Origin: Oopsacas minuta
Taxonomy: Eukaryota; Animalia; Porifera
Length of the DNA stretch: 64,000 bases
Assembly (NCBI GenBank): GCA_024704765.1
Contig: JAKMXF010000310.1
Span: 869,999 to 933,998 of the forward strand
Direction of reading: 5' to 3'
Shown here: piece by piece, positions 23,401 through 35,069 of the stretch
Numbering within the stretch: the stretch's first letter is position 1
How the letters are laid out: every line of letters starts with the position of its first letter
Notes under the pieces: generated by a model
The model's database searches: none
The model's input: only the letters and a program-made list of their open reading frames with translations
What the model was told of the DNA's origin: nothing
Program-made: the position numbers and the translations under genes

Positions 23401-25119
23401 ATGGCAGAAGTTAACTCTCGCACAAATATGGATAGTACTGGTCCTAATTCAATTACTCAAATTCCAATCAATCTTGTCCACAAAGGCAAAGAACGCAAGT
23501 GTAACCTACCTACATACAAGCAGGTAGAGTACGTAGTACAGTTCACCCGAGAAACATTGAAACTGCACCCTCACCAGGGTATCAACCTGAAATGGATAGA
23601 TGATGACGGAGATCCAATAACCCTGGAGTCACAGAGAGATTGGGACGAGCTGCTTCGCCTCTTTCCTTACAACCAAGATGGACTTATTTATTTCCACGTG
23701 TTTGAGGGTCCCAAACCTCAACCAGGACAGCTGTGTGAAGGAGAAGATATCAACTTATATAAGCGTAGAGGCGCCAAGAGATGGAAGAAACAATTACGTC
23801 TGAATGGTCACATATTCCAAGCTAAGCGTCTCAACACAGCCTACTGTATCATCTGTAATGACCATATATGGGGACTGGGTAGACAAGGATTTAGATGTAC
23901 TCAATGTAAGATTATTGTACATAAGAGGTGTGTCAAATTTGTAAGACAGATATGTGATGGTCAGGTATCTCGTCCAGACGGAACCCAAGTATCAGATCGA
24001 CAGTCCTCTCCTCGTGACGAGAGGATCCGACGAGTGAGACAACAACCCAAAGGAAATCCAGTATTTGACTCTACCATTTCAATAGATGACTTCAATATCC
24101 TAAAGGTAATTGGCAGAGGCTCATACGCTAAAGTGCTGCTAGCAGAGCAGAAAAAAACCTCAAAGCTGTACGCAATGAAGGTAGTGAAGAAGGAGCTCCT
24201 GACTGATGAGGAGGACTTCGACTGGGTACAGACCGAGAAGCATGTATTCGAGGTAGCATCCAACCATCCTTACTTGGTAGGTCTGCACTCATGCTTCCAG
24301 TCTGAGTCACGTCTATTCTTCGTGATAGAATTCGTGAGAGGAGGAGACCTCATGTTCCATATGCAGCGTCAGAGGAAGCTCCCAGAAGATCACTCCAGAT
24401 TCTACGCCTCTGAGATTTGTCTAGCTCTCAACTACCTGCACGAGAGAGGCATTGTCTACAGAGACTTAAAGCTGGACAATGTGCTGCTAGATGAGGACGG
24501 TCATATCAAGCTCACAGATTACGGAATGTGTAAGGAAGGTCTCCTTAAGGATGACACTACCAATACCTTTTGTGGAACTCCTAACTACATAGCTCCTGAG
24601 ATTATTCGGGGACAGAGCTACTCCTATTCTGTAGACTGGTGGGCTCTTGGAGTGTTACTGTATGAGATGCTGGTAGGGAGGTCACCTTTTGATGTGACAG
24701 GTCATCACGAGGCAGGAGACGCTACAGAAGATCTATTATTCCAAATGATCCTTGAGAAAACAATCAGAGTCCCTCGTAGCTTATCTGTACGAGCTGCTAA
24801 TGTATTGAAAGGGTTCCTTACTAAAAATCCTAAAGAGCGGTTAGGGTGTCATCCAGAAACTGGATTCAATGACATAAAGTCCCACCAGTTCTTCCGATCC
24901 ATTGAGTGGAAGCAACTAGAAATGAGGGAAGTAGAATCTCCATTCATCCCCCGGACTGAGGATGAGAGGGATGTGATTAACTTTGACCCTCAGTTTACTA
25001 ATGAACCTCTAGAATTCACTCCTGTAGACAAGGGTGTGCTAGAAAGGATAGATCAAGCAGAATTTGAGGGTTTTGAGTATGTGAATCCTCTCTTCATGAC
25101 ACAAGAAGACCAGGTGTAG
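23401..25119 (+). CDS. PRKCI: Atypical protein kinase C (iota/zeta type); intronless
   Basis: PB1 (KWIDDDGDP), pseudosubstrate RRGAKRWKK, single C1, kinase (GRGSYAKV, RDLKLDN, TFCGTPNY), FEGFEY hydrophobic motif, C-term EDQV. Confidence 0.95.
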   Translation: MAEVNSRTNMDSTGPNSITQIPINLVHKGKERKCNLPTYKQVEYVVQFTRETLKLHPHQGINLKWIDDDGDPITLESQRDWDELLRLFPYNQDGLIYFHVFEGPKPQPGQLCEGEDINLYKRRGAKRWKKQLRLNGHIFQAKRLNTAYCIICNDHIWGLGRQGFRCTQCKIIVHKRCVKFVRQICDGQVSRPDGTQVSDRQSSPRDERIRRVRQQPKGNPVFDSTISIDDFNILKVIGRGSYAKVLLAEQKKTSKLYAMKVVKKELLTDEEDFDWVQTEKHVFEVASNHPYLVGLHSCFQSESRLFFVIEFVRGGDLMFHMQRQRKLPEDHSRFYASEICLALNYLHERGIVYRDLKLDNVLLDEDGHIKLTDYGMCKEGLLKDDTTNTFCGTPNYIAPEIIRGQSYSYSVDWWALGVLLYEMLVGRSPFDVTGHHEAGDATEDLLFQMILEKTIRVPRSLSVRAANVLKGFLTKNPKERLGCHPETGFNDIKSHQFFRSIEWKQLEMREVESPFIPRTEDERDVINFDPQFTNEPLEFTPVDKGVLERIDQAEFEGFEYVNPLFMTQEDQV

Positions 25120-26865
25120 CTCTCATACAATACTATATTGGCTGAGGTAGCAGCAATTCGCCAAATAAGCCAACTAGAACAATTGATATTTCTATCATAC
25201 ATCTATGCTGCTTCTAATATTGGCTGCTGTTTATATCATATCCAGCATTATTTTGTGTAGTATTTTTATTACAATTATCAAATTATTGGCTATTAAACAT
25301 TATTTGAGTGGTTTTATTTGCTTCAGTCATGTTGAGTTTTTATCAGAGCTATGTTCTATCTATGTTGATGTAATAAACATTATCGCATGTTAATAGTAAG
25401 TAAAAATATCCAAGCGACATACTAAGAGGACAGCTCGGGTCATATCCCTGTTTTCTTTCTCAGCATGCTCCTGAGGCACCCCGCCTGATTTGTGTCTGGG
25501 TTTAAACATATCAAAATTAGAATCTACATCCCCAATTACCTCTGGGTTCTGGTTGGCCGGTTATATACTCTTAAGGACCTGTTCGGTTTAGCAAGGGTCT
25601 ACTGTATTTACAAGTAATGAAATATACACGGGGTATTGAGACAGTTTATATATTCCAATTTAAAACGATGCATTTTCGTTGGTAAAACCGAGTGGTTACA
25701 CCACCCCACTCAAATTGGTCACGGTACGCACTGTCCTTAATAGTCTTGGCTATGCACCGTCTACGGTTAAAGAAATAATAATAATAATATAAGCACCATT
25801 TTAACACTGAGCCACTATACTATACTATACTATAGTCGGCACAGTAAAAAGGAATTCCTACCTCTCGATCTCATTATCATCTCAAAGGAGACTTTCTTTC
25901 CTATACTAAATTCAACAAAATTAACAATCTCTATTTTGCTTTAAAGGGCTGTTGATGGATCCACAACTTCATCGAAATGAAATCGTAGCTACACTAAAAG
26001 TGTTATCTTAAATTGAAGCTTGATAGTCGATATGAACGACGAATAAGAAGAATATTAGCAGCACCTCATGAACGTATTTCAACAAACATAACAATCGAAT
26101 ATCATTAAACTAATTCGATCAAAGACTGTTATCGCTACAAGATCACTCTGGAGATACGGACACATTAGGGCAAGACTGAGTCGACCATAAATTGTTCCCC
26201 CGGACCAGTTATTGCATAACAGCCCTCTAATTTGTACCGTGTTAAGTACCCAATATCATTACACTTTGGGGTGAGGGAACTCTAATCCTGGCAGGGTCCC
26301 TCAAGCATATCCATAAAAACAATGTTCAGACTAGATTCCAGTCCCTTAAATCTCCCTGCGTCATTATAATCACACCGCTGTTCATTCAGTTCGTTCACGG
26401 ATTAGCCTATGTTCGATATATTCCAGCTCGGTGAGTCGGCGATCTAATCCATTGCTGTGTCTGTGTAGCGAAGTCTCCATAGCCCTTTAATAGTGCAGCT
26501 CCTATTGGAAGATGCCCTAATGGTATGGACGATGTGTGACGTCCGTCAATATGTCCGAAATCTAGCAGTCCGATTCACATGAAAATTGGTACACATATAC
26601 ATTTTGGTTCGAGATTTGCACATCGGGTAGGCATAAATTATTTCTAAAGTGAATAGCATTTCACACCTTTCTATGTAAAATTCAAAGTCATGCTCGAGAT
26701 TAGCTTTCAACATATTGTCGAGGTAATTGGGTACGGATAATCCTATTTTAAGATTTGTAGAGTCCAATAGTTACAAACTCACAGATTTATCGTATCATTA
26801 ATCATAACTCACATCATTTTGCTATAAATGTCGTTTCAACTGTTTGTCAGGGGTAATATAGTAAG

Positions 26866-27240
26866 TTGATTCAAATTTTGACATTTTAAAATCTCTCTGT
26901 TCATGATTAATCATATTTTCACACCTTTGGTGTTTATTTCAAAATAATGCTAGGATTTTGTTTCATCTGGTAGTCAGAGGTAATCGAGTACAATTCAACC
27001 TCGATTTTCTGGATTCATTAGAACCTGTCAAAAGCCTCCGGATAATCGAGATTACACTGTATGTAGATTCCAATTTGACATTCTAATTAAATCTCTCTCT
27101 CCATGATTAATCATATTTTCACACCTTATGCACAAACTTAAAATTGATGCTAGAGATCTCGTTTCATCTGTTAGTAGAGAATTCAAATTTTGTCATATTA
27201 ATTCTATATTTATATGATTAATCATCTTTTCACATCTTTT
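26866..27240 (+). repeat. Three degenerate ~115-bp repeat units with a 69-bp TA-flanked mini-MITE (26991-27059) between units 1 and 2
   Basis: Core ATGATTAATCAT(A/C)TTTTCACA x3; related copy near 58780; MITE TA|CAATTCAACCTCGATT...AATCGAGATTACACTG|TA. Confidence 0.7.
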
Positions 27241-27506
27241 GGCCAATAATCATGATTTCGTTTCACTAATTAGGAACGGTCTGGTGCAGTGCGTTATCCA
27301 CACGTCAGGGGTCAGGGGAGGCTATGCCAACCCTGAAAATAAAGCAAACTAATAACCCTGAGCTGTACTACCAATCTGTCGGCTGGACATGTTTGACATA
27401 GTAAACCTAACTATTGCTGTATAAGGAAATATAATCAATTTATACTCTCCTAAATAATCCCTTACCTGAGATTAAGGTGATATAATATTAATATTAATAC
27501 ATTTTA

Positions 27507-28538
27507 GTGATGACTACCTCTGATGAAGAATTAAAGAATTTTTCTCTAACCCATCAGCCATCACAGTCTCCATTTACATCTGGTAATTATGATACTAGTG
27601 ATATAATACATATGAGCTCTTTTAGCTTAAAACTCAGTCATTTTATTATTAATCCAACTAATAATATGATTTTTGCTGCTGATGAGACAGAGAGAAAAAT
27701 AGTTGTATTCACTTCTTCTGGAGATATTATCTTTTCCTTTCCCACTTACACTTTGTCAATTCTAGAAGGTATGCTGATTATTGGGGATTTCCTAATGGTG
27801 TTATCGCGTTACAGTCTCTTACCCCGCTACAGACTCAATGTATTCACTCTAGACGGATATCCAATAAGCCTTCACACATGGATGCAGATGACCGGAGAGG
27901 GATTTTTCAATAGAATAAGTAGGGATGGAGATTATCCGATTGGGAGTAGGATGGCAGTAACAAGTAATGGCGAGAGATTGATTGTGGAATCCAATTTGGA
28001 GGCTAGGTTTTATACAAAGTCGACCCTTAGATTCTATAGTGACGAATTTATTGGATTCAGATATTCTGTGAGGAATTTAGCAGTTTTACCATTCACCTTA
28101 CATATTCAAATAATAGATAGATTAATTTATCAATATTGTATCAGCAGTAACAGAATAACATGTAACACATGCAAACTTGATCACTTCCTGCCCGAAGAAG
28201 ATATACCAAAAGTTAATACAGTATCCTTGATTAGGACAGATCTAATTGGGATATCTAAAATTCATATCTTCTACATAAACAGTCTTGGATATATGTTTAA
28301 ACCACTACTACATATGGTGGATACGACATGTTACATCCTGTCAATGGATGTAATAGATCTTAATAACGGCAAGAGATTGACTAGTACTAATTTTAAAGTA
28401 AACTTAAAAGAGGAACCTTTTTACAGTGCAATTGCTCCAGATTTAACTAAGATTTTACCTGTTGGAATTGTACCGCTATCTGACGGATCTATTAGAACTT
28501 TCTGGACATTAAAGAATGTAATTTTTCTACAAAATTGA
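27507..28538 (+). CDS. Uncharacterised 343-aa protein with one NHL-like repeat
   Basis: Long ORF in AT-rich DNA; IINPTNNMIFAADETERKIVVFTSSGDIIFSF resembles an NHL blade. Confidence 0.65.
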   Translation: MMTTSDEELKNFSLTHQPSQSPFTSGNYDTSDIIHMSSFSLKLSHFIINPTNNMIFAADETERKIVVFTSSGDIIFSFPTYTLSILEGMLIIGDFLMVLSRYSLLPRYRLNVFTLDGYPISLHTWMQMTGEGFFNRISRDGDYPIGSRMAVTSNGERLIVESNLEARFYTKSTLRFYSDEFIGFRYSVRNLAVLPFTLHIQIIDRLIYQYCISSNRITCNTCKLDHFLPEEDIPKVNTVSLIRTDLIGISKIHIFYINSLGYMFKPLLHMVDTTCYILSMDVIDLNNGKRLTSTNFKVNLKEEPFYSAIAPDLTKILPVGIVPLSDGSIRTFWTLKNVIFLQN

Positions 28539-29033
28539 TTTGTGTATGTTTTGAATAAATAACGAAATCTACTAGCATATTTAAATTAGGGATGTAGACA
28601 GGCCGGCCATGTAGTATAGAGAAATATAACCAGTCTATGGTTATGGCCTATTCATTACCTTTCAATTAATAGTATACAAGGTGACATTGACCGCGTTAGT
28701 ATGCATCAGGGGCGGATCCAGAAGAAGGGATAAAGCTGGGGGCAGAAGATTCCCTTGTTTGTATCATTGTGTGTAAAAGAATTTAGCAATCTCCTCCCTA
28801 AAGTGCTCGCAATGCTCAAGCCCAGTAACCTTTTGAATATTCCTGGATCAGTCTCTGTGTATAGTAGGGATTGTGAAAAATTGTAATCTTATTACGAGTT
28901 TCCAAATATTTAATATTTAACATATCAATGAGCAGTTGAACATAACAAACAATCTAACAACACTCATCAATATGCATATATTCGCTCCATTATTAATTAT
29001 TTCCTTTAACAATAAGAATGATAATTTAATATT

Positions 29034-29384
29034 CTAAGAAGCTTCAATTTCCTGATGTCCACAGCTAGTGCACTTATAGAATACTGTCTGACCTTCATCA
29101 GCTGATCTTGTCTGCTGAGTAAAATAGCTCATGCGGGAGTTCCCACATTTAGAGCAAACTCTATCCACTTCACTTTTACTTTCAACAGTTTCAGTTAGTT
29201 TAGCTTGAGCGGTGTCAGAACAATTATGAACTGAGTACTCCTCTATTGACTCTAAGAGTTTAACAGGAATCTTGTGATCACACACCAGACAGGTGAGTAC
29301 AGGACCATCTGTGACGAGTGGTAATACAGAACCACAAACAGGACAGAACGAAGTATTTGAGAACTGGAATAAACAATCTGACAT
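29034..29384 (-). CDS. POLR1H: RNA polymerase I subunit RPA12
   Basis: N-term CPVC/CLVC zinc ribbon; C-term CSKC...QTRSADEGQTVFYKC..C TFIIS-like ribbon. Confidence 0.95.
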   Translation of the reverse strand: MSDCLFQFSNTSFCPVCGSVLPLVTDGPVLTCLVCDHKIPVKLLESIEEYSVHNCSDTAQAKLTETVESKSEVDRVCSKCGNSRMSYFTQQTRSADEGQTVFYKCTSCGHQEIEAS

Positions 29385-30542
29385 TCTTCGTAATTATAAG
29401 TGTATTTAACAATAAATCTAATCACATATTTACAAAAATATTTCAATAGTTTACGGATTCTTCATATTAATCAACTGAGTTGATAAGGAAACATTTGTAT
29501 ATTATGCCAATGATAATTCAAGCAAATTAATATTAGACATTGCAAGTTACCTACATAACTAGACAGTAAGTAATTCCTGACTGATTTATTTTCCTTTCGC
29601 GATTTGTGGACCTCTCTTAGCTACTTAAAGTGAGGGAGCGCCTCTCCCCCCCGCTCCCCCTACACTACACCCCTGGTTGTAATTTTATTTTTATGAATAG
29701 AAAGTAAACAAATTAGCCAAATCTCAAATATACTTACAGGCTTGCTCTAAACGGCTACCCAGGGGTAAGTAAGTACGCTGAATCAGAATTTCAATTTTCA
29801 AGTTTCTCATATGTAAATTTGTTGTTGTTTTTATGAATATAAAGTAAACTAATTTCAAAATTGCGGTAGAATCATGCTTTCAATGGTTATACTGATTACT
29901 GAGGTAATCGAGGATGCCCAATATGGTATTGCAAACAACATATTGTGAATATTTTACTTTTTGGTATAATACACCTCAATTATCCGAACACCTTAGTCAT
30001 AAACTTTCCATTTTGGTGTTTGGATAACTGAAATAGTGCATTTTCCTATGTAAAATTCACAACTCAGGCAAAAATACTTTGTACTTGTCAGAGTTTTCGC
30101 GGTATGCATTTGTCAGACAGATGTTTCTAATTGCTGATTATATTTGTTTTGCTCACTATTTTGCTTCTAATTAGTGTCATCTTTGGTCCTGGATGTTATC
30201 CAGATGTCTTACTACCTAATGGTTATTTATTTATATTTGGAGCAAACAGAATTCTGACAAATGAGTACTGTTGTATGACAGATTTACTATCATGACAGAA
30301 TATTCCGCGACTGATCTAATTCGCCCTGACATATACTTTGACGATTAAAGATAAGAATGCTAGATAATACCGGAATATACTGTATTCTATTCAATTCATT
30401 TAATTGAGATGAGAAATTAGATATCTCTCTGTATAGGTCTCTGTGTTGATTTGTATTTATAGTTAGAACTCACTACTTACAGTCCAATAGATAAGTTATA
30501 TTATTTGAATTGTTTCATTCTTCTAGTTACAGAACTAAACTA

Positions 30543-31391
30543 ATGGCTACAGCTAATCCTTTAGAGAGAATATTCTCTGTAGACTATAAGAGTAAGATAC
30601 AACCTATAGTCAGTGTTTGTATATGGGGAGTGGGGCTAGAAAATCTTAGCGGACCTAATGGAGTAACTATTGATAATACTACAGGAGATATCTATGTAGC
30701 AGATTATGGGAATACTTGTGTGAAAGTATTCGATAATAATGGTAAGATTATGTTCAAATTTGGAGATGAGGAAGGAGAAGGAAAGATTTATCTTCCAAAT
30801 GGGTTAGCTATATTTAGAGATAGAATTCTAATTTCACAAAGTAGCAACTGTATTCTGAATTATCGAATGAATGGAGAGTTTGTTTCTATAATAGGGAAAC
30901 CTGGGAAAGGAGAATTGGAATTTGATGATCCTCATGGTCTGACTTTTGATGAATCTAACGGAGAGGTATACATATGTGATTCTAATAATAATCGTATTCA
31001 GATACTGACCAAGGAACTTACCTACAAGACACAGTTTGGGATAGGTGACCTCAAATCTCCTGTTGGTGTTAAACTTACAAAAGAATTAATTTATATTCTC
31101 GATCAATCTAATCCTTGTCTTCATCTATACAACTACAATCTTATTCTACATAAGAGTGTTATTTCTACAGGATATGGATTACAGGTGGAGAATCCATGGC
31201 ACTTCTGTATTGACAATTCTAACAATATTCTTATTACAGATATTTTTTCTGACTCTATTTCTATTTTCAACTCTCAATTAGAATTGATACACAAGATATC
31301 ATTAACCAATCCCACCGATATTACAGTAGATAACAGAGGAAGAGTTATTGTAGTTTGTATTGGAAGTCTACATCGTCTCTATATATTTTGA
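30543..31391 (+). CDS. Stand-alone NHL-repeat beta-propeller protein
   Basis: PNGVTIDNTTGDIYVADYGN, PHGLTFDESNGEVYICDSNNNRIQI and further repeats. Confidence 0.92.
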   Translation: MATANPLERIFSVDYKSKIQPIVSVCIWGVGLENLSGPNGVTIDNTTGDIYVADYGNTCVKVFDNNGKIMFKFGDEEGEGKIYLPNGLAIFRDRILISQSSNCILNYRMNGEFVSIIGKPGKGELEFDDPHGLTFDESNGEVYICDSNNNRIQILTKELTYKTQFGIGDLKSPVGVKLTKELIYILDQSNPCLHLYNYNLILHKSVISTGYGLQVENPWHFCIDNSNNILITDIFSDSISIFNSQLELIHKISLTNPTDITVDNRGRVIVVCIGSLHRLYIF

Positions 31392-31999
31392 TAATTGTCC
31401 TATTACTCGTATACTCCCGCCCCAATACACACCATGAGATGCTTTAAGGATTAATAATTTAATATTGCCTTATTTATCACATTTTTAGTGCTTTTATTAC
31501 ACTCAATATTGGTTATGATATGTTATAGGACAAGGTAGTGAATTTCAGGCTAGCGAGGTGTCATGTACCATAGGAATAGTTGTTTGTAGTGGAACAATAA
31601 TTTAGCGATTACAACGATAGAACCTGAATCTTTACTAAATCGATATTTACGATTATTTATCCTCCAGTACTCTACTAAACTTTTCAACTGCATGACCAAT
31701 AAATTGGGACGTCCTGTCAAAAGGCAGGAGAGTTGACGAGTATACCACTGTACGCATTGAACAGGTAAACACTATTTAGATTTCATTGCAATGGGAATTT
31801 CATGTGGCCGCTATGTACACTTTGCCATTATTATGTATACAGAGGTTGCCATCAATTTAAGTCAGGTTTGACTATACTATACTATCTATATTATTCAATC
31901 TCAATTGTTGTCTGTTTGTTTGTTTGTTTGTCCGTGGTCAAGGAAAGGGAGGACGGTCTCTATCACGAATATACGAATATCCCTTTGAAGTGTAGTGTT

Positions 32000-32964
32000 C
32001 TATATGGATAGGTTTCTATGTTTTCGCTTATTGAAAAGGTGAAATACTCGGAATTCCGCTAGCTTTGACTTGAGTACATTAGAAGTAAGTTTATGAACCA
32101 AAAAAGAATGAGGTTTATCAGCCAATTCACCAAAAGGCATGGATTCAATTAATGGGGTAGTCTTCAAATCCATATCTTTAGATTCACTGTGAAAGGCAGC
32201 TGCTTTTGAGGCACAAATCAACCCCCCTTTCTTAATATCTCTGGTTGCTATCATTGCATAACCATGTGTGGAGGAAATCTCTATAAAGATTGGACCAATA
32301 TATTCGCCGATTTCAATATTTTCCCTTCGCTCTGCCTTTCTAGCCAATTCTTTGAAGTCAAATCTACTCTTAGTATTTCCTAATAAGTTCAATACTTTCT
32401 GAAGTCTGGAAGAGATTTCAGAATTATTTGTTATGATATTTGTAGTATTTCACAGCTCTTTTCGTGATCTCCTAACCCTGACCATGAAGCAGCCATTCTA
32501 AATTGAATTTTTTCAGCAGTGATGTTAAGTTTCGCGGCAGTCTCTGCATCTGAAAGAGCTCTTTCAAAATGTTCCAACTTGATATAGCATTGAGCTCGAT
32601 TGCTCCAATAGACAGAATTGACTTTGTCTATATCAATTGTGAGAGTATAGCAACTGATTGCCTTTTCATAGCTCTCTGCTTTGTAGTATTCATTTCCTTC
32701 CTTCTTGTACTCATCCCCGGATTTCAAAGGATTTAATCTTGTTTCTGAAGTCACAATAGCTTCATCTGGAGATTCTCGTCGAATATAGTGAAAACCATCA
32801 ACAGCTTGTTTGTAATATGGATTAGTAGTAACAATCTTAACTCCTTTCTTCAATGGATTGAGTAAGATTGAATCAATATTATAGATACATAACTTAGCAC
32901 ACAGACGATAGTTGTCCTCGATTACTGTATGGTATGCGGTCATTACGAATCCATCGTATAACAA
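32000..32964 (-). pseudogene. TPR + N-SET protein fragment, frameshifted and truncated
   Basis: TPR (KKEGNEYYKAESYEKAISCYT...YWSNRAQCYIKLE); frameshift near 32440; N-SET HGYAMIATRDIKKGGLI; no C-SET. Confidence 0.7.
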
Positions 32965-33064
32965 TGTAGCGTTGATAATATATTAGTGTGAATACGACAA
33001 GGTACCAATTCGATTACTTTCATTTCTTCCACCTCACTAGCTCTTTTAGAAGATAGAGCTGGTA

Positions 33065-33345
33065 TTACGGAAAATTGGTCAGGTGGTCCTGGTAAACCAT
33101 AATCCACTTGTGCTTATCAGATGGCAAGGACTGCATGTCAATCAAATCTACCTGACCCCTGGAGGAAAATTCCTTCGTCAAAATAGGATTGACAACAACC
33201 CATTTTGTCATTGGACGTTTCCTCTTCTTCTGGCATTCCTCGCAGTGAGATTTGTAGAACTCTACAGCTTTGCAGGTGATGTTGGCATACTTCTTGCCCA
33301 ATTCCTTCAGCATTCTGTCCCGCCCTAATGTTAGACATACTGGAT
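33065..33345 (-). pseudogene. KRBA2/SCAND3-like (Ginger2-type) integrase fragment
   Basis: GRDRMLKELGKKYANIT...CEECQKK...RGQVDLIDMQ...YQDHLT. Confidence 0.75.
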
Positions 33346-33824
33346 TACCCAGAATTTATGCCCAAGAATGCCCAAACAAGTGAAGCAAACTAAGATCCAA
33401 TCACTTTCATTGTGTGAAGCTACCATATTTATTTTGAAGTCACCATTTGATATTGCATGTAGTTCACACATTTACTGAAAGTACCAGTAACATCAGCAAA
33501 AAACTGTAGTGAATTTCCAAAAATCCAGAAAATTCATGAATTTCCTGAATACACACAATTACTGTAACATATATACAATATATTATTATTAAACAAGTAT
33601 GCTGAATCCGAATAACACATTTTCATATGGTGAAAGGGGTGTTCGGTTTATAACTATAGATATGTATTATTCGAAACCTATAGAATATCATATATTGATC
33701 GAAAAATATTTTTATTAAATAATTATAAATACTCATTACTAGTCTGAGTAACAATAACAAGTCACAAATGTATAAAGTATTAGAAATAAAGTTACAAAAA
33801 CTAATCGAAAAGTATAATGAGTTA

Positions 33825-34868
33825 TTAAAGAGTAATAGGAACTTCAGCTTTCTTCCTCAAAGACTCCTCGCATGCCTCAGCCAATCTTGTAGCCAGAAGT
33901 GTATCTTTCTTACCAGACAGCATCTCTCTAGTCGGATCTAGGATACACTCTATGAACTCATCGAGTTCCTGTTGGTAGGCATATTCATATCTGGTGGGGA
34001 AGGAATAGTGACATTTCCCCAGAGTAACCCCTTTCTGACTGTAGGTCTCTACTTCATCTTCTCTAGGGTTTTCGCTTTTGAGCATTCCTTTCTCACCGAA
34101 TACCTCCAGCCTCTGGTCGTAACCATAGGCTGAGTGCCTACTTATGTCTATAATAGCAATAACTCCGCTCTTGAATCCTAATACTATGACAGCTGTATCA
34201 TCGTCTTTGATAGCTGCTATTTCTGGATCCCAGGCGTGAGATTTTACATAAACGGAACAAGGAATATCTTCTAATACATAGCAGACCATATCTAGATCAT
34301 GTACTGCACAATCATGATATATTCTACCTGAGCTCTTCAAGTATTCAAGCGAGGGGACTGGACTATCTCTGGAGCAAGTTTTTACAACATACACTTTACC
34401 AATAGCTCCCTGTCTGACCTGATCTCTGATACGTCTAAATCCAGGGTCATATCTCCGTTGGAAAGCACAGTAAAGAGGAACTTTCATCTTTTCTGAGAGT
34501 TCATAGCATTGCTCTACTCGTTGGTTGTCTGGCGCAAGAGGTTTCTCACAAAACACTGCTTTGTTCTTATGCAATGCAGCTATTATATACTGTTCATGTG
34601 TGAATGATGGTGTTGTCACTACTATCATGTGTAGCTTAGGATCTTCAAGGATAGTAGACATGTCGGATGGATGGATAGGCTTAACATAACCTCCTAGATG
34701 GTTTCTTTCGATTAATTGACTTACTTTATCCATATCTACATCTACCAGATATAGGAGCTTTAGCTTACAATTATTTCTGATTCCTTTGAAATGGATCAAC
34801 CCTGCTCGACCTATTCCTATAACAGCTACTCCTAGAGGAAGGTTACTTTCCTGCCACTGAACAGCCAT
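33825..34868 (-). CDS. Gfo/Idh/MocA oxidoreductase (myo-inositol 2-dehydrogenase-like); intronless
   Basis: VAVIGIGRAG NAD-binding motif, CEKP, FQRRYDP, HDCAVHDLD. Confidence 0.9.
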   Translation of the reverse strand: MAVQWQESNLPLGVAVIGIGRAGLIHFKGIRNNCKLKLLYLVDVDMDKVSQLIERNHLGGYVKPIHPSDMSTILEDPKLHMIVVTTPSFTHEQYIIAALHKNKAVFCEKPLAPDNQRVEQCYELSEKMKVPLYCAFQRRYDPGFRRIRDQVRQGAIGKVYVVKTCSRDSPVPSLEYLKSSGRIYHDCAVHDLDMVCYVLEDIPCSVYVKSHAWDPEIAAIKDDDTAVIVLGFKSGVIAIIDISRHSAYGYDQRLEVFGEKGMLKSENPREDEVETYSQKGVTLGKCHYSFPTRYEYAYQQELDEFIECILDPTREMLSGKKDTLLATRLAEACEESLRKKAEVPITL

Positions 34869-34908
34869 GATATCCTAATTACACTAGAATAGAATATAGT
34901 GATAATGC

Positions 34909-35069
34909 AGAGATGCCAGCTCTCACCCCTCCCCGTGAATCTCACGATTTTTTAGGGTAGAAAAAGTGAAATCTCACTTCATTTTATGATTATTCGCTGG
35001 AAATGCCAAATCTCAAAGCCTTTTGAGAAGAAATCTTAGGGCTTGGCGATACGCCAGGTTGGCATCTAT
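34909..35069. mobile_element. hAT-type MITE
   Basis: AGAGATGCCAGC...GGTTGGCATCTAT flanked by direct repeat GATAATGC (34901-34908 and 35070-35077). Confidence 0.7.

Noticed and set aside
33825-34868. Bacterial contamination or recent HGT of the IolG-like gene
   Set aside because: It is embedded among eukaryotic genes and MITEs with no operon context, and intronlessness is the norm for host genes in this window.
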